DNA of 36,214 nt from IMG/VR virus record IMGVR_UViG_3300032212_000087, positions 1 to 36,214 of that record, one strand, 5' to 3'. A model generated the notes under the pieces. The model saw only the letters and a list, made by a program, of their open reading frames with translations. It made no database searches and was not told the DNA's origin. This DNA comes from a virus (lineage: Duplodnaviria > Caudoviricetes). This document shows, one piece after another, positions 9,403 to 19,582 of the stretch. The position numbers and the translations under genes are program-made. Within the stretch, counting starts at the first letter, position 1. The number at the start of each line of letters is the position of its first letter.

Positions 9403-10509
9403 ATGAGCCAAGTACAAGATACAGCTCAGACACTTAATACTGAGTCTGCCGCTGATGAAATTTACAACCTAATGACAGAAGCAGAGCAGCCGGAGAAAAC
9501 AAATGAAACACAAGAAGAAGAAACAAACGAAGAAACTCAAGAAGTAGAATCCTCTAATGATTCAGAAACCGAATCAGAAGAAGAGTCATTAGAAGAATCA
9601 ACCGAGGATGAGACCGAAGAAGAAACAAACGAGTCTGACGAAGCAGAGCCAGAAGCAGAAGAAGAAAGCACCGATTATCAAACCGTAGATGATTTAGCTC
9701 AAGCCTTAGATATGCCATTAGAAGACTTTATGGCAAACATTAAGGGTAAAGTGAAAATTAACGGCCAGGAGCAAGAGGTTACACTTTCCGATCTGAAGAA
9801 CGGCTACCAGATGGAATCAGACTATCGACAAAAGACAGCGGCACACGCTGAAAAAGTACGAGCCTTTGAACAAGAGAGCACCCAACAATCAGAGCAAATT
9901 CAATCAAGTCTAGCGCAAGTTAATGTTTTATTAACCAATGCAGAGCAAGAGCTTGTTAATGAATATAACGCTGTTAACTGGGATGAGCTACGTGACACCG
10001 ACAGAGAAGAATATCTCATTAAGGAAAGCGAGTTCAATAAACGCAATCAAAAACTTCAAACACAAAAACAACAAGCTTATGAAGAAACTCAACGGCTAGC
10101 ACAAGAACAAGAAATAAAAAATCAACAAGCCCATCAAGAAACTTTACAGCGCGAATATACCTTGATGCTTGACAACAATCCTGAATGGCAAGATGAAGCA
10201 GTCTTTAAGAAAGACCAAGCCGAAATTCAAACTTATCTCACATCGAAAGGTTTTAACGAAACTGAAATCAATCAGCTAGTAGACCATCGTATCGTAGGTA
10301 TTTTACGGGATGCACTCAAAGCACAAGCGGATATTTCCAAGGTAGAGATAGCTAAGAAGAAAGTTAAAAAGCTACCTAAAGTTTTAAAAGCAGGGGCAAA
10401 ACAAACAAAAGCAGACATTAAGGCGAACTCTCAAAGTAATGCTAGTAAACGATTTAATAAAACTGGCAGCAGAGATGACTTAGTGGACTTACTAATTAAC
10501 AGAATGTAA
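9403..10509 (+). CDS. Capsid scaffolding protein
   Basis: Very acidic N-terminus, KVKINGQEQEVTLSDLKNGYQMESDYRQKT motif, coiled coil, basic C-terminus. Confidence 0.88.
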   Translation: MSQVQDTAQTLNTESAADEIYNLMTEAEQPEKTNETQEEETNEETQEVESSNDSETESEEESLEESTEDETEEETNESDEAEPEAEEESTDYQTVDDLAQALDMPLEDFMANIKGKVKINGQEQEVTLSDLKNGYQMESDYRQKTAAHAEKVRAFEQESTQQSEQIQSSLAQVNVLLTNAEQELVNEYNAVNWDELRDTDREEYLIKESEFNKRNQKLQTQKQQAYEETQRLAQEQEIKNQQAHQETLQREYTLMLDNNPEWQDEAVFKKDQAEIQTYLTSKGFNETEINQLVDHRIVGILRDALKAQADISKVEIAKKKVKKLPKVLKAGAKQTKADIKANSQSNASKRFNKTGSRDDLVDLLINRM

Positions 10510-10541
10510 CTAACGTCGAGATGACGTAAGGATGGAATAAA

Positions 10542-11504
10542 ATGGCACAACCAGCAGGTATTGTAGCAACGTATGACGCAGTCGGTAATCGAGAAGATTT
10601 ATCGGACGTAATTTGGCGAGCTTATGAAGGTGAAACCCCTTTCTTAGACGCTATCAAAAAGACTAAAGCCACAGGTACTAACCATACTTGGCAAGAAGAT
10701 TCATTGGCAGCAGCGGCTTCTAATGCTCACATTGAGGGTGATGACGCTTCTCCAGCAGATCCAGCAGCAAGCACCTTGCTTTCAAACTACACGCAAATCT
10801 TAAAGGAACACGCTGTTGTTTCTGGTACACAAGAAGCGGTAGACAAAGCAGGCCGTAAAAAAGAAATGGCTTACCAAGTTGCTAAACGCATGAAAGAAAT
10901 GAAACTTGATTTAGAGTTTGCATGTCTTGGTAATGGTATTGCTAACGGTGTTGGTAATGTAAAAGTAGCAGGTAACAACACGACAGCTCGTGAGTTAGGT
11001 TCTATTGAGACTTACCTTACTTCTAACGTAAGTGTTGGCTCAACTGGTGCAGCGGCTAGCGGTAACTCTGCCGACCTAATGACAACAGGTACAGACCGAG
11101 ACTTAACGGAAGCTATCTTATCGTCAGTTCTAGAAACAACTTATACCAATGGTGGCGATCCAAAATGCTTATTTGTTTCAGCAATTAACAAAGGTGTTAT
11201 TGGTGACTTTACAGCAGGTGGAGCCACTCGTTATGTGTCAACAGACTCTAGCACTTTAAACGTGTCTATTGATGTATTCGAAGGTGACTTCCATCACTTA
11301 AAAGTTATGCCTTGCCGTAATCAAATTGGCGACAACGTTTATGCGATTGATCCACAAATGATTGCTATCGCTGAACTACGCGGATTGTCTTCTAAAGACT
11401 TAGCAGTAACAGGTGATTCAATGCGTAAAGAAATGGTAATGGAAGCAACATTAGAAGTGTGCACAGAAGCAGCACACGCTATCGTTGCAGACACAAACGG
11501 CTAA
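10542..11504 (+). CDS. Major capsid protein (SU10/DUF5309-like)
   Basis: GNREDLSDVI...ETPF, HTWQEDSL, NYTQI...VSGTQ motifs; followed by a terminator. Confidence 0.9.
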   Translation: MAQPAGIVATYDAVGNREDLSDVIWRAYEGETPFLDAIKKTKATGTNHTWQEDSLAAAASNAHIEGDDASPADPAASTLLSNYTQILKEHAVVSGTQEAVDKAGRKKEMAYQVAKRMKEMKLDLEFACLGNGIANGVGNVKVAGNNTTARELGSIETYLTSNVSVGSTGAAASGNSADLMTTGTDRDLTEAILSSVLETTYTNGGDPKCLFVSAINKGVIGDFTAGGATRYVSTDSSTLNVSIDVFEGDFHHLKVMPCRNQIGDNVYAIDPQMIAIAELRGLSSKDLAVTGDSMRKEMVMEATLEVCTEAAHAIVADTNG

Positions 11505-11525
11505 GAATAATCTTAGTTAACTATT

Positions 11526-11549
11526 GGGAACCTTCGGGTTCCCTTTTTT
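11526..11549 (+). terminator. Intrinsic terminator after the capsid gene
   Basis: GGGAACC-TTCG-GGTTCCC followed by T6. Confidence 0.92.
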
Positions 11550-11564
11550 ATTGGAGAAAACAAA

Positions 11565-11861
11565 ATGCCAAGTCAAAAGACAGCATCAAAACAAGTTAAA
11601 CCCGAATTAATTAAATGCCAAGTAATGCGAGCAATTGGTATTGACGCAACAAGCGCTACGCTTATCTCTGCTAAAAATCGTGCAGCGAGAAAAGGGTTAA
11701 GCGAAAACATGGATGGATTAACCACTATGGTACACCCGAATAAAGACGTGCCAAGTGAAGACAAAAAATCAATGGTAAAAGGCGAGCCTGTCTACATTGA
11801 TTTAGAGAAAGAGGTAGCACGTAAATTATCAGAAGCAGGGGCGGTGCGCGTTGTTATTTGA
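11565..11861 (+). CDS. Hypothetical virion-module protein
   Basis: GGAG RBS; position in the structural operon. Confidence 0.7.
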   Translation: MPSQKTASKQVKPELIKCQVMRAIGIDATSATLISAKNRAARKGLSENMDGLTTMVHPNKDVPSEDKKSMVKGEPVYIDLEKEVARKLSEAGAVRVVI

Positions 11862-12141
11862 TCGCCTCCACTACGACAACTCAGAAGACAAGCTTCATAT
11901 AGAGCGAGTCCAAGACGTTCAACCCATCTTAGAGTCAAACAAAAGACTACTTAACGATAACTCAGGATTTAAGAGTGAGGTTTTTAATAAAAAAGCTTCT
12001 ATCCCTTTAGTTGTTCTTTTGGCCTGGCTTAAAGATAAAGGCATTACATATCAAGAATTCATGGGCAACGACAAAGTATTAAAACGTTTCCTTAACGACC
12101 CTGATAATTCTTTTTGTCTATGCAAAAAAGGTAAAGTATGA
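11851..12141 (+). CDS. Conserved phage protein
   Basis: QDVQPILESNK...ASIP...RFLNDPDN pattern typical downstream of such capsid genes. Confidence 0.7.
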   Translation: MLFDRLHYDNSEDKLHIERVQDVQPILESNKRLLNDNSGFKSEVFNKKASIPLVVLLAWLKDKGITYQEFMGNDKVLKRFLNDPDNSFCLCKKGKV

Positions 12142-12755
12142 GCATAAGTAACTACGGTGAATTAAAAACAGCTACGGAAAACTGGTTACACCGTACAGAC
12201 TTAACTTCCCGCATACCTGAGTTTATATCTATTGCAGAAGCTAAGATTGCTAACGATGTGCGTTGTAATGCACAGCAAACACGTTCTACAGCAGACGTAA
12301 GCACTCAATACTTTGATGTACCGACAGGGTATTTAGAGATAAGGGATATTCACGTTAATTCTGATCCAATTCAGCCATTAACATATTTAACGCCTAAAGT
12401 GTTAAGTGAAAAATTCCCAAGCTCAACAACAGGGAAACCCAAGTTCTACACAATACATGGTGATGAAATTGAGGTTAAGCCTGTTCCATCGACTACATAC
12501 GAAATAGAAATCAATTATATAAAGCGATTCACTGCGTTTAGTGATGATGCTGACTATAACTGGCTCTTAACAAACCAACCACATATCTATTTATATGCCG
12601 CTTTAATATCAGCTAACGAATACACAGAAGATACCGAGCAGCTTACTAAATACCAAACCTTATACAACAACGCCATTAATACACTTAATAAATCCGAGTT
12701 GAAAGCAAAACACGGAAACATATTAGTGGCAAAAGTAAATACTCCAACACCTTAG
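12138..12755 (+). CDS. Head-tail adaptor / tail tubular protein A-like
   Basis: NYGELKT...WLHRTDLT..IPEFISIAEA, GKPKFY, NWLL...PHIYLYAAL motifs. Confidence 0.8.
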   Translation: MSISNYGELKTATENWLHRTDLTSRIPEFISIAEAKIANDVRCNAQQTRSTADVSTQYFDVPTGYLEIRDIHVNSDPIQPLTYLTPKVLSEKFPSSTTGKPKFYTIHGDEIEVKPVPSTTYEIEINYIKRFTAFSDDADYNWLLTNQPHIYLYAALISANEYTEDTEQLTKYQTLYNNAINTLNKSELKAKHGNILVAKVNTPTP

Positions 12756-12763
12756 AGGGCATT

Positions 12764-13696
12764 ATGGGACTAGAAAGCTTAACAGGCTCATCCGTTTATA
12801 TAGATGATTTAGTAGCAACCAACCCTGTTGGTGGTACTGATCCAAAATCAGAGGGTGATGACCACATAAGAGGAATCAAAAAAGTTCTTCTTAATACAAT
12901 GCCTAATATCACGGGCGCTATTACATCAACACAAGCTGAATTAAACATACTTGACGGTGTTACTTCTACCGCAGCAGAACTAAATATACTCGATGGAGTA
13001 ACAGCAACCGCAACAGAGTTGAACTATAACGACATAACAACGTTAGGCACAACCGAAGCATCAAAGGTCGTTACAACTGATGGAAGTAATAATTTCTCGA
13101 CAGCGGGCAACGTTAGCATTACTGGTGCTTTTACCTCGCTAGGTATTGATGATAATGCAAGTTCAAATGCAGTTACTATTGACGTTGATGAACAAGTTTT
13201 CCACATAAAGAATTCATCTGGTCTTGCTTCAAAAGGACAAGAATTTCGTAGTAGCGGTGCTCACTGGATAACAGCAGACGCAGTTACGCCGCAACAGATA
13301 AATAGAACAACCGACACAGGGAAAATGATTGAGTTCTTCAAGGACGAAGTCAGCGTTGGAGATATTACTTGGAGTGGGGTTACATTAGCCTTAAATTCCA
13401 CGTCCGATTATCGTTTAAAAGAAAATGACATAGCGTTATCAAATAGTATCGAAAGACTAAGCAAGTTAAATCCTATTAAATATAACTTTATAGGTAATGA
13501 CACCGTTATTGATGGGTTCTTTGCTCATAACGTTCAAGAAGTTGTACCAGAAGCCGTACAAGGTGAAAAGGATGGTGTTGATTATCAAACAATGGATCAA
13601 ACTAAACTCATTCCTTTAATCGTTTCAGCCCTTCAAGAAGAAATCAAACTAAGAAAGAAACTTGAATCGCGAATAGCGAACATAGAAAATAAATGA
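12764..13696 (+). CDS. Tail fibre/needle with a C-terminal intramolecular chaperone (peptidase S74)
   Basis: GDDHIRGIK N-terminal anchor, AELNILDGVT repeats, SDYRLKEN cleavage motif, GFFAHNVQEVVPEAV. Confidence 0.85.
   Translation: MGLESLTGSSVYIDDLVATNPVGGTDPKSEGDDHIRGIKKVLLNTMPNITGAITSTQAELNILDGVTSTAAELNILDGVTATATELNYNDITTLGTTEASKVVTTDGSNNFSTAGNVSITGAFTSLGIDDNASSNAVTIDVDEQVFHIKNSSGLASKGQEFRSSGAHWITADAVTPQQINRTTDTGKMIEFFKDEVSVGDITWSGVTLALNSTSDYRLKENDIALSNSIERLSKLNPIKYNFIGNDTVIDGFFAHNVQEVVPEAVQGEKDGVDYQTMDQTKLIPLIVSALQEEIKLRKKLESRIANIENK
12925..13029 (+). repeat. Coding tandem repeat (13-aa unit, T-x-AELNILDGVT, about 2.5 copies)
   Basis: Seen in the translation of 12764..13696. Confidence 0.75.
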
Positions 13697-15240
13697 AATT
13701 AGATAATGTTGGTACTATCGGTTTAATTAACGATGTAGACCCGCAAGACTTACCTGATGGTGCTTTTTCTGGCGGTCAGAACATACGATTTAAAGATGGG
13801 TATTTAGAAAAGGTTAAAGGCTATTCGTCTGTATTTGGTACACCTTCCGTTGCTCCTTACTGGATGCTTCCTATTGTTTCTAGTTCAACGTTGTACTGGG
13901 TGTACTGCGGGCTTGCTAAAGTCTATGTTACTGACGGAACTACTCACACTAATATCACAAGACAAACAGCAAGCGTTGATGTTGATTACTCAGCGACAGC
14001 CGCAAAAAACTGGAGTGGTGGGTTCTTATCGGGTATCGGTGTATTTAACAACGGTGTTGACGATCCACAAGTATGGAGTCCAGCCGTACCAGGTACTAAG
14101 CTAACCTCTTTAAAGTGGGATGCCTCAGAAACATGGTCAAGTAAAAACCATCAAGCAAAAATCATCCGCCCTTTTGGTAACTTCTGGGTTGCTTTAGATA
14201 TTACAAAGTCATCCACAAACTATCCTTACCTTGTTAAATGGGCACACCCTGCATCAGTCGGCGCGGAGCCTGTGACATGGGATGAGACAGATACAACTAA
14301 AGACGCAGGTGAATTCGACTTAGGCAAGACAGGCGGCGCACTTGTTGATGCGTTAACGCTTAGAGATTCTTTCATCATTTACAAAGAAGATTCTATTTAC
14401 TCCATGCGTCATACAGGCGGTGAGTTTGTTTTCGAGTTTAAAGAAATATTCCAGTTCGGTGCAATTAGTTCACGTTGTATTAAAGAGTTTGAAGGTAAGC
14501 ACATTGTTTTGAGTCATGGTGATTTAATTGTCCATGATGGGCAGTCAGCTAAATCGATTATTAATAAGCGAATGAAGAATTGGCTGTTTAATAGTATTGA
14601 CCAAGATAATTTTGCAACTTGTTTTGTCACTCAAAACCATCAGAAAAATGAGTTCATGGTTTGCTTCCCTGAAACGGGGCATAGCTTACCGTCTAAAGCT
14701 TTAATCTGGAATTATAGAGACAATACTTTCGGCACAAGGGATTTACCTAATACGCCTCATATAGCCTACGGTATCGTTGATAGTGGATCGTCAGTTGATT
14801 GGGATTCTGATTCAGAGTCTTGGGATGACGATTCATCATCATGGAATCAACGTTCGTTTAATCCAACAGTATTAAGAAGTTTAATGGCATCAGGTACTAA
14901 CTTGTATTTGTTAGACGATACCAACACAGAAGACGGAACAATCTTTACCGCGTACGCAGAACGTGCCTCATGGGATTTCGGAACCAACACTATAAAGTTT
15001 GTGAAAAAACTATGGCCTCGCATTATCGCGTCAGGCGAAGTGACTATTAAGCTCGGTACACAGTTCAATAAGAATGATGGTATTTCATGGACTTCTTATA
15101 CCTTTGACCCTTCAACCGATGAATACATCGACACTTTAATCAAAGGTCGCTTTATATCGTTTCGTATTGAGTCATCGGCAAACGTTGAGTGGAAAATGGC
15201 GGAAATAGATTTTGAAGTCATAGAGACAGGTCATTACTAA
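13693..15240 (+). CDS. Tail nozzle / DNA stabilisation (tubular B-like, beta-propeller) protein
   Basis: 515 aa, beta-rich, WDxDxxxWD repeat, GRFISFRIES C-terminus; synteny. Confidence 0.75.
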   Translation: MKLDNVGTIGLINDVDPQDLPDGAFSGGQNIRFKDGYLEKVKGYSSVFGTPSVAPYWMLPIVSSSTLYWVYCGLAKVYVTDGTTHTNITRQTASVDVDYSATAAKNWSGGFLSGIGVFNNGVDDPQVWSPAVPGTKLTSLKWDASETWSSKNHQAKIIRPFGNFWVALDITKSSTNYPYLVKWAHPASVGAEPVTWDETDTTKDAGEFDLGKTGGALVDALTLRDSFIIYKEDSIYSMRHTGGEFVFEFKEIFQFGAISSRCIKEFEGKHIVLSHGDLIVHDGQSAKSIINKRMKNWLFNSIDQDNFATCFVTQNHQKNEFMVCFPETGHSLPSKALIWNYRDNTFGTRDLPNTPHIAYGIVDSGSSVDWDSDSESWDDDSSSWNQRSFNPTVLRSLMASGTNLYLLDDTNTEDGTIFTAYAERASWDFGTNTIKFVKKLWPRIIASGEVTIKLGTQFNKNDGISWTSYTFDPSTDEYIDTLIKGRFISFRIESSANVEWKMAEIDFEVIETGHY

Positions 15241-15488
15241 TGTTTTCTAAAAGTGAAACGCCGAATATACCAGAAGAATTACCACGTTACATAGGCAATG
15301 AATTATCTAAATTAGAGTCTGAATCAAGAAACCCTAAAGTCAATTCAATTCAATTTACCGTTCATTATTCTGAACCTGATAAGCCGCGAACAGGACAGGT
15401 TTATTATGCTGACGGTACGGAGTGGGATCCTGGTTCGGGTGAGGGGCTTTATTATTTTAATTCATCTAGCGCATGGGTGAAACTATAA
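15240..15488 (+). CDS. Small tail-module protein
   Basis: EPDKPRTGQVYYADGTEWDPGSGEGLYY motif; synteny. Confidence 0.7.
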   Translation: MFSKSETPNIPEELPRYIGNELSKLESESRNPKVNSIQFTVHYSEPDKPRTGQVYYADGTEWDPGSGEGLYYFNSSSAWVKL

Positions 15489-15516
15489 TGAATAAAGAAC
15501 AGGAAATCACGGAAAC

Positions 15517-15921
15517 ATGATGATAAGAGCGGTAGAGCCTTCTTATCTCGACTTCTACTGGGCAAGAATATTCCCTCAAATCAAAGACTCGCTTAATAAC
15601 ACGGGCAACGAACAAAACCCGTTACATGTTTACGACAAAATTAAAAACAAGAATTACATTTTGTTAGTCGTCATGGAAGGTCGAGGCGTATTAGCGCACG
15701 TTACACTAGAAAAAGGTGAGGTTCCAAACAAGACGTTTTTAAATGTTGTGACATGCGGCGGCGAGAAACTAAAAACATGGTTGGGCGATATTTTAAAAGT
15801 TATTGAAAAAATAGCAAAGGAAATGAACTGCCAATCTATTTATATGGCAGGGCGGCGAGGATGGGAAAAAGTATTAACAGATTATCAACCTACATTCACA
15901 GTTTTCACTAAGGAATTATAA
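15517..15921 (+). CDS. GNAT-fold-like virion assembly protein
   Basis: CGGEKL..W and GRRGWEKVL; position before the ejection proteins. Confidence 0.6.
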   Translation: MMIRAVEPSYLDFYWARIFPQIKDSLNNTGNEQNPLHVYDKIKNKNYILLVVMEGRGVLAHVTLEKGEVPNKTFLNVVTCGGEKLKTWLGDILKVIEKIAKEMNCQSIYMAGRRGWEKVLTDYQPTFTVFTKEL

Positions 15922-16643
15922 TGGGTAAAACACTTTTCGGCGGTTCTGATACCGTACAAAACAATCAAAGCGAGAGCAGCGTTTGGAGCGATCAATCTCC
16001 ATACTTAAATGATATTTACGGACGCGCTCAAGAACTATCAACCACTGAGCAACCTATAGCGGGTTTTAATGATGTACAAGTAAGAGGTCAGAACGCCGCG
16101 CTTGATTATGCTAATGGGCAAGGCGGTAACATATTTAATAATACCATGGGCGCTTTAAACTTTGGTTTGAAAGCCCCTGATGTAAATAATAACCCTTACT
16201 TACAAAAAGCCGTTAATTCAGCTATTCGCCCTTTAACACAAAACTATCAAGAAAATGTTTTATCTAACATTGAAGACAAGGCAATAGCCTCTGGGCAATA
16301 TGGATCGAGCAGACACGGTGTTGCTGATGGTATTGCAGCACGTTCTTATATGGACTCAGTCGGCGACATTACATCAAACATGTATAACAACGCATACGGA
16401 CAAGGCTTAAACACAATGATGCAAAGCATTAACTCTGCGCCTACTGTTCAGAACATGGGTTTATTTAAAGCGAATACACTGCAAAATGTTGGCGGTCAAA
16501 TACAAGGAATGGAACAACAAAAATTAGACTCGCCTTGGAATAACTTAAATAGATTTAATTCTATGATAAACGCGCCAGTTGTTCTTAATAGTTCAACTGG
16601 ATCAAGTAACACCAATCAGCGTAACGGCTTACCTTGGGGGTGA
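15921..16643 (+). CDS. Internal virion / DNA ejection protein
   Basis: Q/N/G-rich, NPYL and GQYGSSRHG motifs. Confidence 0.7.
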   Translation: MGKTLFGGSDTVQNNQSESSVWSDQSPYLNDIYGRAQELSTTEQPIAGFNDVQVRGQNAALDYANGQGGNIFNNTMGALNFGLKAPDVNNNPYLQKAVNSAIRPLTQNYQENVLSNIEDKAIASGQYGSSRHGVADGIAARSYMDSVGDITSNMYNNAYGQGLNTMMQSINSAPTVQNMGLFKANTLQNVGGQIQGMEQQKLDSPWNNLNRFNSMINAPVVLNSSTGSSNTNQRNGLPWG

Positions 16644-16644
16644 T

Positions 16645-17487
16645 ATGGGAATCTTTAATTTTATTAACCAGCAGCAGCGATTAGCTTTTGATAAAGAGCA
16701 AGCCAAACATAGAAACGCATATAACACTGGCACGCTTGATGTTAGTCGTGACCGCTTAGGTTTAGATCAAAAAAAGTACCAACAAGGTTTAATCGCTAAA
16801 CCAGAGCCAACAGGATTGATGCAAAATATATTCTCAATGGGTTACCAACAAGGTACACCTGAATATAAAGATCTAATGGGTAGTATTTTGCGAAAACCTC
16901 AAACCCAAATAAATATGGGTAGCAAGCATATTACCGCCTCAGATGCGCAACAAATGAGAAACTCTAAAGGCGAGATGCCACCAATTGGGTCTACATGGCA
17001 GGAGGCAGGCAGAAGCGGGTACAACTTTGTTAGCCCTCAACAATTAACAGAGGCTAGAAAAGAAAGTGAAACGCTTGGTGCAATGGGAAGCGCATTAGAT
17101 ACATACGAAGGTATTGTTAAAGAAACTGGTGCTATGTTGCCTAGCAAGAGGTTTACCGATCCAAATAAATTCAACGAGCTAACGTCTGCTTACGCAGCAT
17201 TACAGTTAGAATTTAAAGAGTTAGCTAAACTAGGCGTATTAGCTGGCCCCGATATGGAGTTAATAGAAAGAGTAATACAAGATCCAACCAGTATGAGCGC
17301 AAATGCTCAACAATTTTTCTCTAAAGAAAATCCAACGATTAGTCAGCTAGGAATAGTCAGGAAAAAGCTTGATGAGGCTAGAAAAAGAGCAGAACAAAGA
17401 CACGGGAAAGACTGGAGAGCTAACCAGCAACAACCTTTGAACCCAACTCAAAATACAGGCAAGCCGTGGGAGAGACAATGGAAGTAG
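16645..17487 (+). CDS. Internal virion / DNA ejection protein
   Basis: Likely start ATG 16645; helical, LGVLAGPDM motif; synteny. Confidence 0.65.
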   Translation: MGIFNFINQQQRLAFDKEQAKHRNAYNTGTLDVSRDRLGLDQKKYQQGLIAKPEPTGLMQNIFSMGYQQGTPEYKDLMGSILRKPQTQINMGSKHITASDAQQMRNSKGEMPPIGSTWQEAGRSGYNFVSPQQLTEARKESETLGAMGSALDTYEGIVKETGAMLPSKRFTDPNKFNELTSAYAALQLEFKELAKLGVLAGPDMELIERVIQDPTSMSANAQQFFSKENPTISQLGIVRKKLDEARKRAEQRHGKDWRANQQQPLNPTQNTGKPWERQWK

Positions 17488-19358
17488 GTACAATTGTAGA
17501 CGGTCATAAATATATCGGCGGTAACCCAAACGAAAAGGGTAGTTGGATTCTTGCTGGTAAAATGCCGCCTCCCGAAGCAGCTAAAGGTATTATGGATTCT
17601 TTAAGGAAGCATGCGAGCACACTTCCATCAGGGAATGAACCTAAAGCACTAGCACCTTCTTTATCTGTATTAGATGGGGCATCTTTTGGTTTTATAGACG
17701 AAGTAATAGGGGGTGTGGGCGGTCTACTTGGAATGGATAAAGATTCTGTAACTGACTATACAAGAAACATACAAAAAGATTATGCCGATAAAAATCCAGC
17801 CAAAGATTTAGGGTTAAAATTAGCTGGAGGGTTAGCGACAGGTTATGGAATAGCAAAACACATTCCTCGAGGTGTTTTAAATTTACCTAAGATGGTTCAA
17901 TTCCCTTTAATGGGTGGATTAGCTGGCGGTACTGCAGCATTTGGTGGAGCAGAAGGTAACACAAAAGAAAGATTACCTGATGCTGGTATAGGTGCTGCCG
18001 CTGGGACAGTTCTTGGTTTAGGTCTGCCCTTAATAGGCTCTACTCTAAAACAGCCCGCCCAATGGATTGGCAATCAGTTTAAAAACCCAATAACTAAAGC
18101 AAATCAGGCGGTCTTTCAAGCTTTAGAGCGTGATGGCCTCACTCCGAAGTTAGCTGCCGATAAATTAAAAGAGCTTCCTTACGCAGCAACTATTTCTGAT
18201 TTGGGCGCTAACACCCAAGCATTAGCTGGCGCAGCAGTGAATTACCCTGGCAAAGCAAAAGCACTTGGCACGAGCGTTTTAGAGAACAGAGCTAAAACAG
18301 CAGTTAATAGAATGCTTCCTTCATTAAGAAAGCTTACTGGGGGAGACAAGAAAGTATTTACGGAAACAAAAAATATTATTTCGCGCCGTTCCGAGCAAGC
18401 CGCGCCATTGTATAAAAAAATTGAAGGCTCTCAAGTCCAAATAACTGACGATCTATTTGAAATGCTTGACCGACCATCAATGAGTGCCGCACTTAGGGCT
18501 GGCGCAAGAAAAGCTGCCGATGAAGGTATTGCTCTAAAAGATAAAGTAGGTGCTGGAAACTGGGTTAACTATAAATTATTTGATTATGCTAAACGCTCTC
18601 TTGATGACAAGATAGGCGCAGCAATAAAAGCAAATCAAGGCGACAAAGTAAGAACGCTCTCTAACTTAAAGAATGAGTTAGTCGATTATGTCGATACGGC
18701 AGTACCAGGCTACGCAGAGGCGCGAAGAGTTTTTAGTACTGAGTCCGGTATCTTAAATGCAATGAAATTAGGCAAGAATATTCTTAAAGATGATTTCGAT
18801 GAAATGTCTAGCATGGTTTCAACTATGTCTAACGCAGAAAAAGAAGCTTTTGTGGTTGGTTCCGCTAAAGTCCTTAGAGATAAGTTGTTATCTGTTAACG
18901 CAGGAAACAACGCAGCAAGACGATTAAGCGCGCCTTTATTAAGAGAGAGATTAAGAAGTGCGTTTCCTGATGATGAATCTTTTAATACATTCATGGGGCA
19001 GCTCGATATTGAGGATAGTGTTTTTGCTGTAACGCGGAACGAAGTACTAAAAGGATCACAAACATCAGCTAGAGAGGCCGCTAAAAAAGATTTACTGTTG
19101 AATGATAGTGCTCCAAGCGGAATAAAAGACTATGCAGCAAATGCTGTTAGGGATTTAACGTCAGGTAGACAAGTGCCTGACGAAGTGATGGGCAACCAAT
19201 TAGGTAAAACTTTGTTTACGCAAGGTGCACCGAATAATAAAGTTATTTTAGATGAAATCCAAAAGATGGCGCCAATGATGAATGAGAAGCAAAAGAGAGT
19301 TTTAATTGACTCATTAATGCTTAATACTGAAATGCAGAGTGGAGCGGTGGCACCTTAG
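17478..19358 (+). CDS. Large internal virion / DNA ejection protein
   Basis: A/G-rich, DGASFGFIDE and hydrophobic glycine stretches; last gene of the ejection block. Confidence 0.7.
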   Translation: MEVGTIVDGHKYIGGNPNEKGSWILAGKMPPPEAAKGIMDSLRKHASTLPSGNEPKALAPSLSVLDGASFGFIDEVIGGVGGLLGMDKDSVTDYTRNIQKDYADKNPAKDLGLKLAGGLATGYGIAKHIPRGVLNLPKMVQFPLMGGLAGGTAAFGGAEGNTKERLPDAGIGAAAGTVLGLGLPLIGSTLKQPAQWIGNQFKNPITKANQAVFQALERDGLTPKLAADKLKELPYAATISDLGANTQALAGAAVNYPGKAKALGTSVLENRAKTAVNRMLPSLRKLTGGDKKVFTETKNIISRRSEQAAPLYKKIEGSQVQITDDLFEMLDRPSMSAALRAGARKAADEGIALKDKVGAGNWVNYKLFDYAKRSLDDKIGAAIKANQGDKVRTLSNLKNELVDYVDTAVPGYAEARRVFSTESGILNAMKLGKNILKDDFDEMSSMVSTMSNAEKEAFVVGSAKVLRDKLLSVNAGNNAARRLSAPLLRERLRSAFPDDESFNTFMGQLDIEDSVFAVTRNEVLKGSQTSAREAAKKDLLLNDSAPSGIKDYAANAVRDLTSGRQVPDEVMGNQLGKTLFTQGAPNNKVILDEIQKMAPMMNEKQKRVLIDSLMLNTEMQSGAVAP

Positions 19359-19540
19359 AATTCCCACCACCTACCATGCTCTAGCCGGTAAGCAACATGG
19401 AATAGCACCGCTGCAACAATAAAGCCTAGCAAAAACCCTACGCCACCATATTTATAACCGTAATGTACAAGGGCTGCAGTAGTTGCCACTACGCCCACAT
19501 TGGTTAAAAGGATTATCGCTCTAAGCACGTTATTGTTCAT
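19355..19540 (-). CDS. Small two-TM membrane protein, possible superinfection exclusion
   Basis: Two hydrophobic helices; its own promoter; antisense to the late operon. Confidence 0.65.
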   Translation of the reverse strand: MNNNVLRAIILLTNVGVVATTAALVHYGYKYGGVGFLLGFIVAAVLFHVAYRLEHGRWWEF

Positions 19541-19546
19541 TCCCAA

Positions 19547-19575
19547 ACTCTAGCTTTTGACACGCCCCACGTCAA
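19547..19575 (-). promoter_or_regulatory. sigma70 promoter for the membrane gene (leaderless)
   Basis: TTGACG-17-TAGAGT, 6 nt before ATG 19540. Confidence 0.65.
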
Positions 19576-19582
19576 CAGCAAA

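Noticed and set aside
2505-13696. Diversity-generating retroelement or retron acting on receptor-binding genes
   Set aside because: No reverse transcriptase gene and no TR/VR repeat pair seen.
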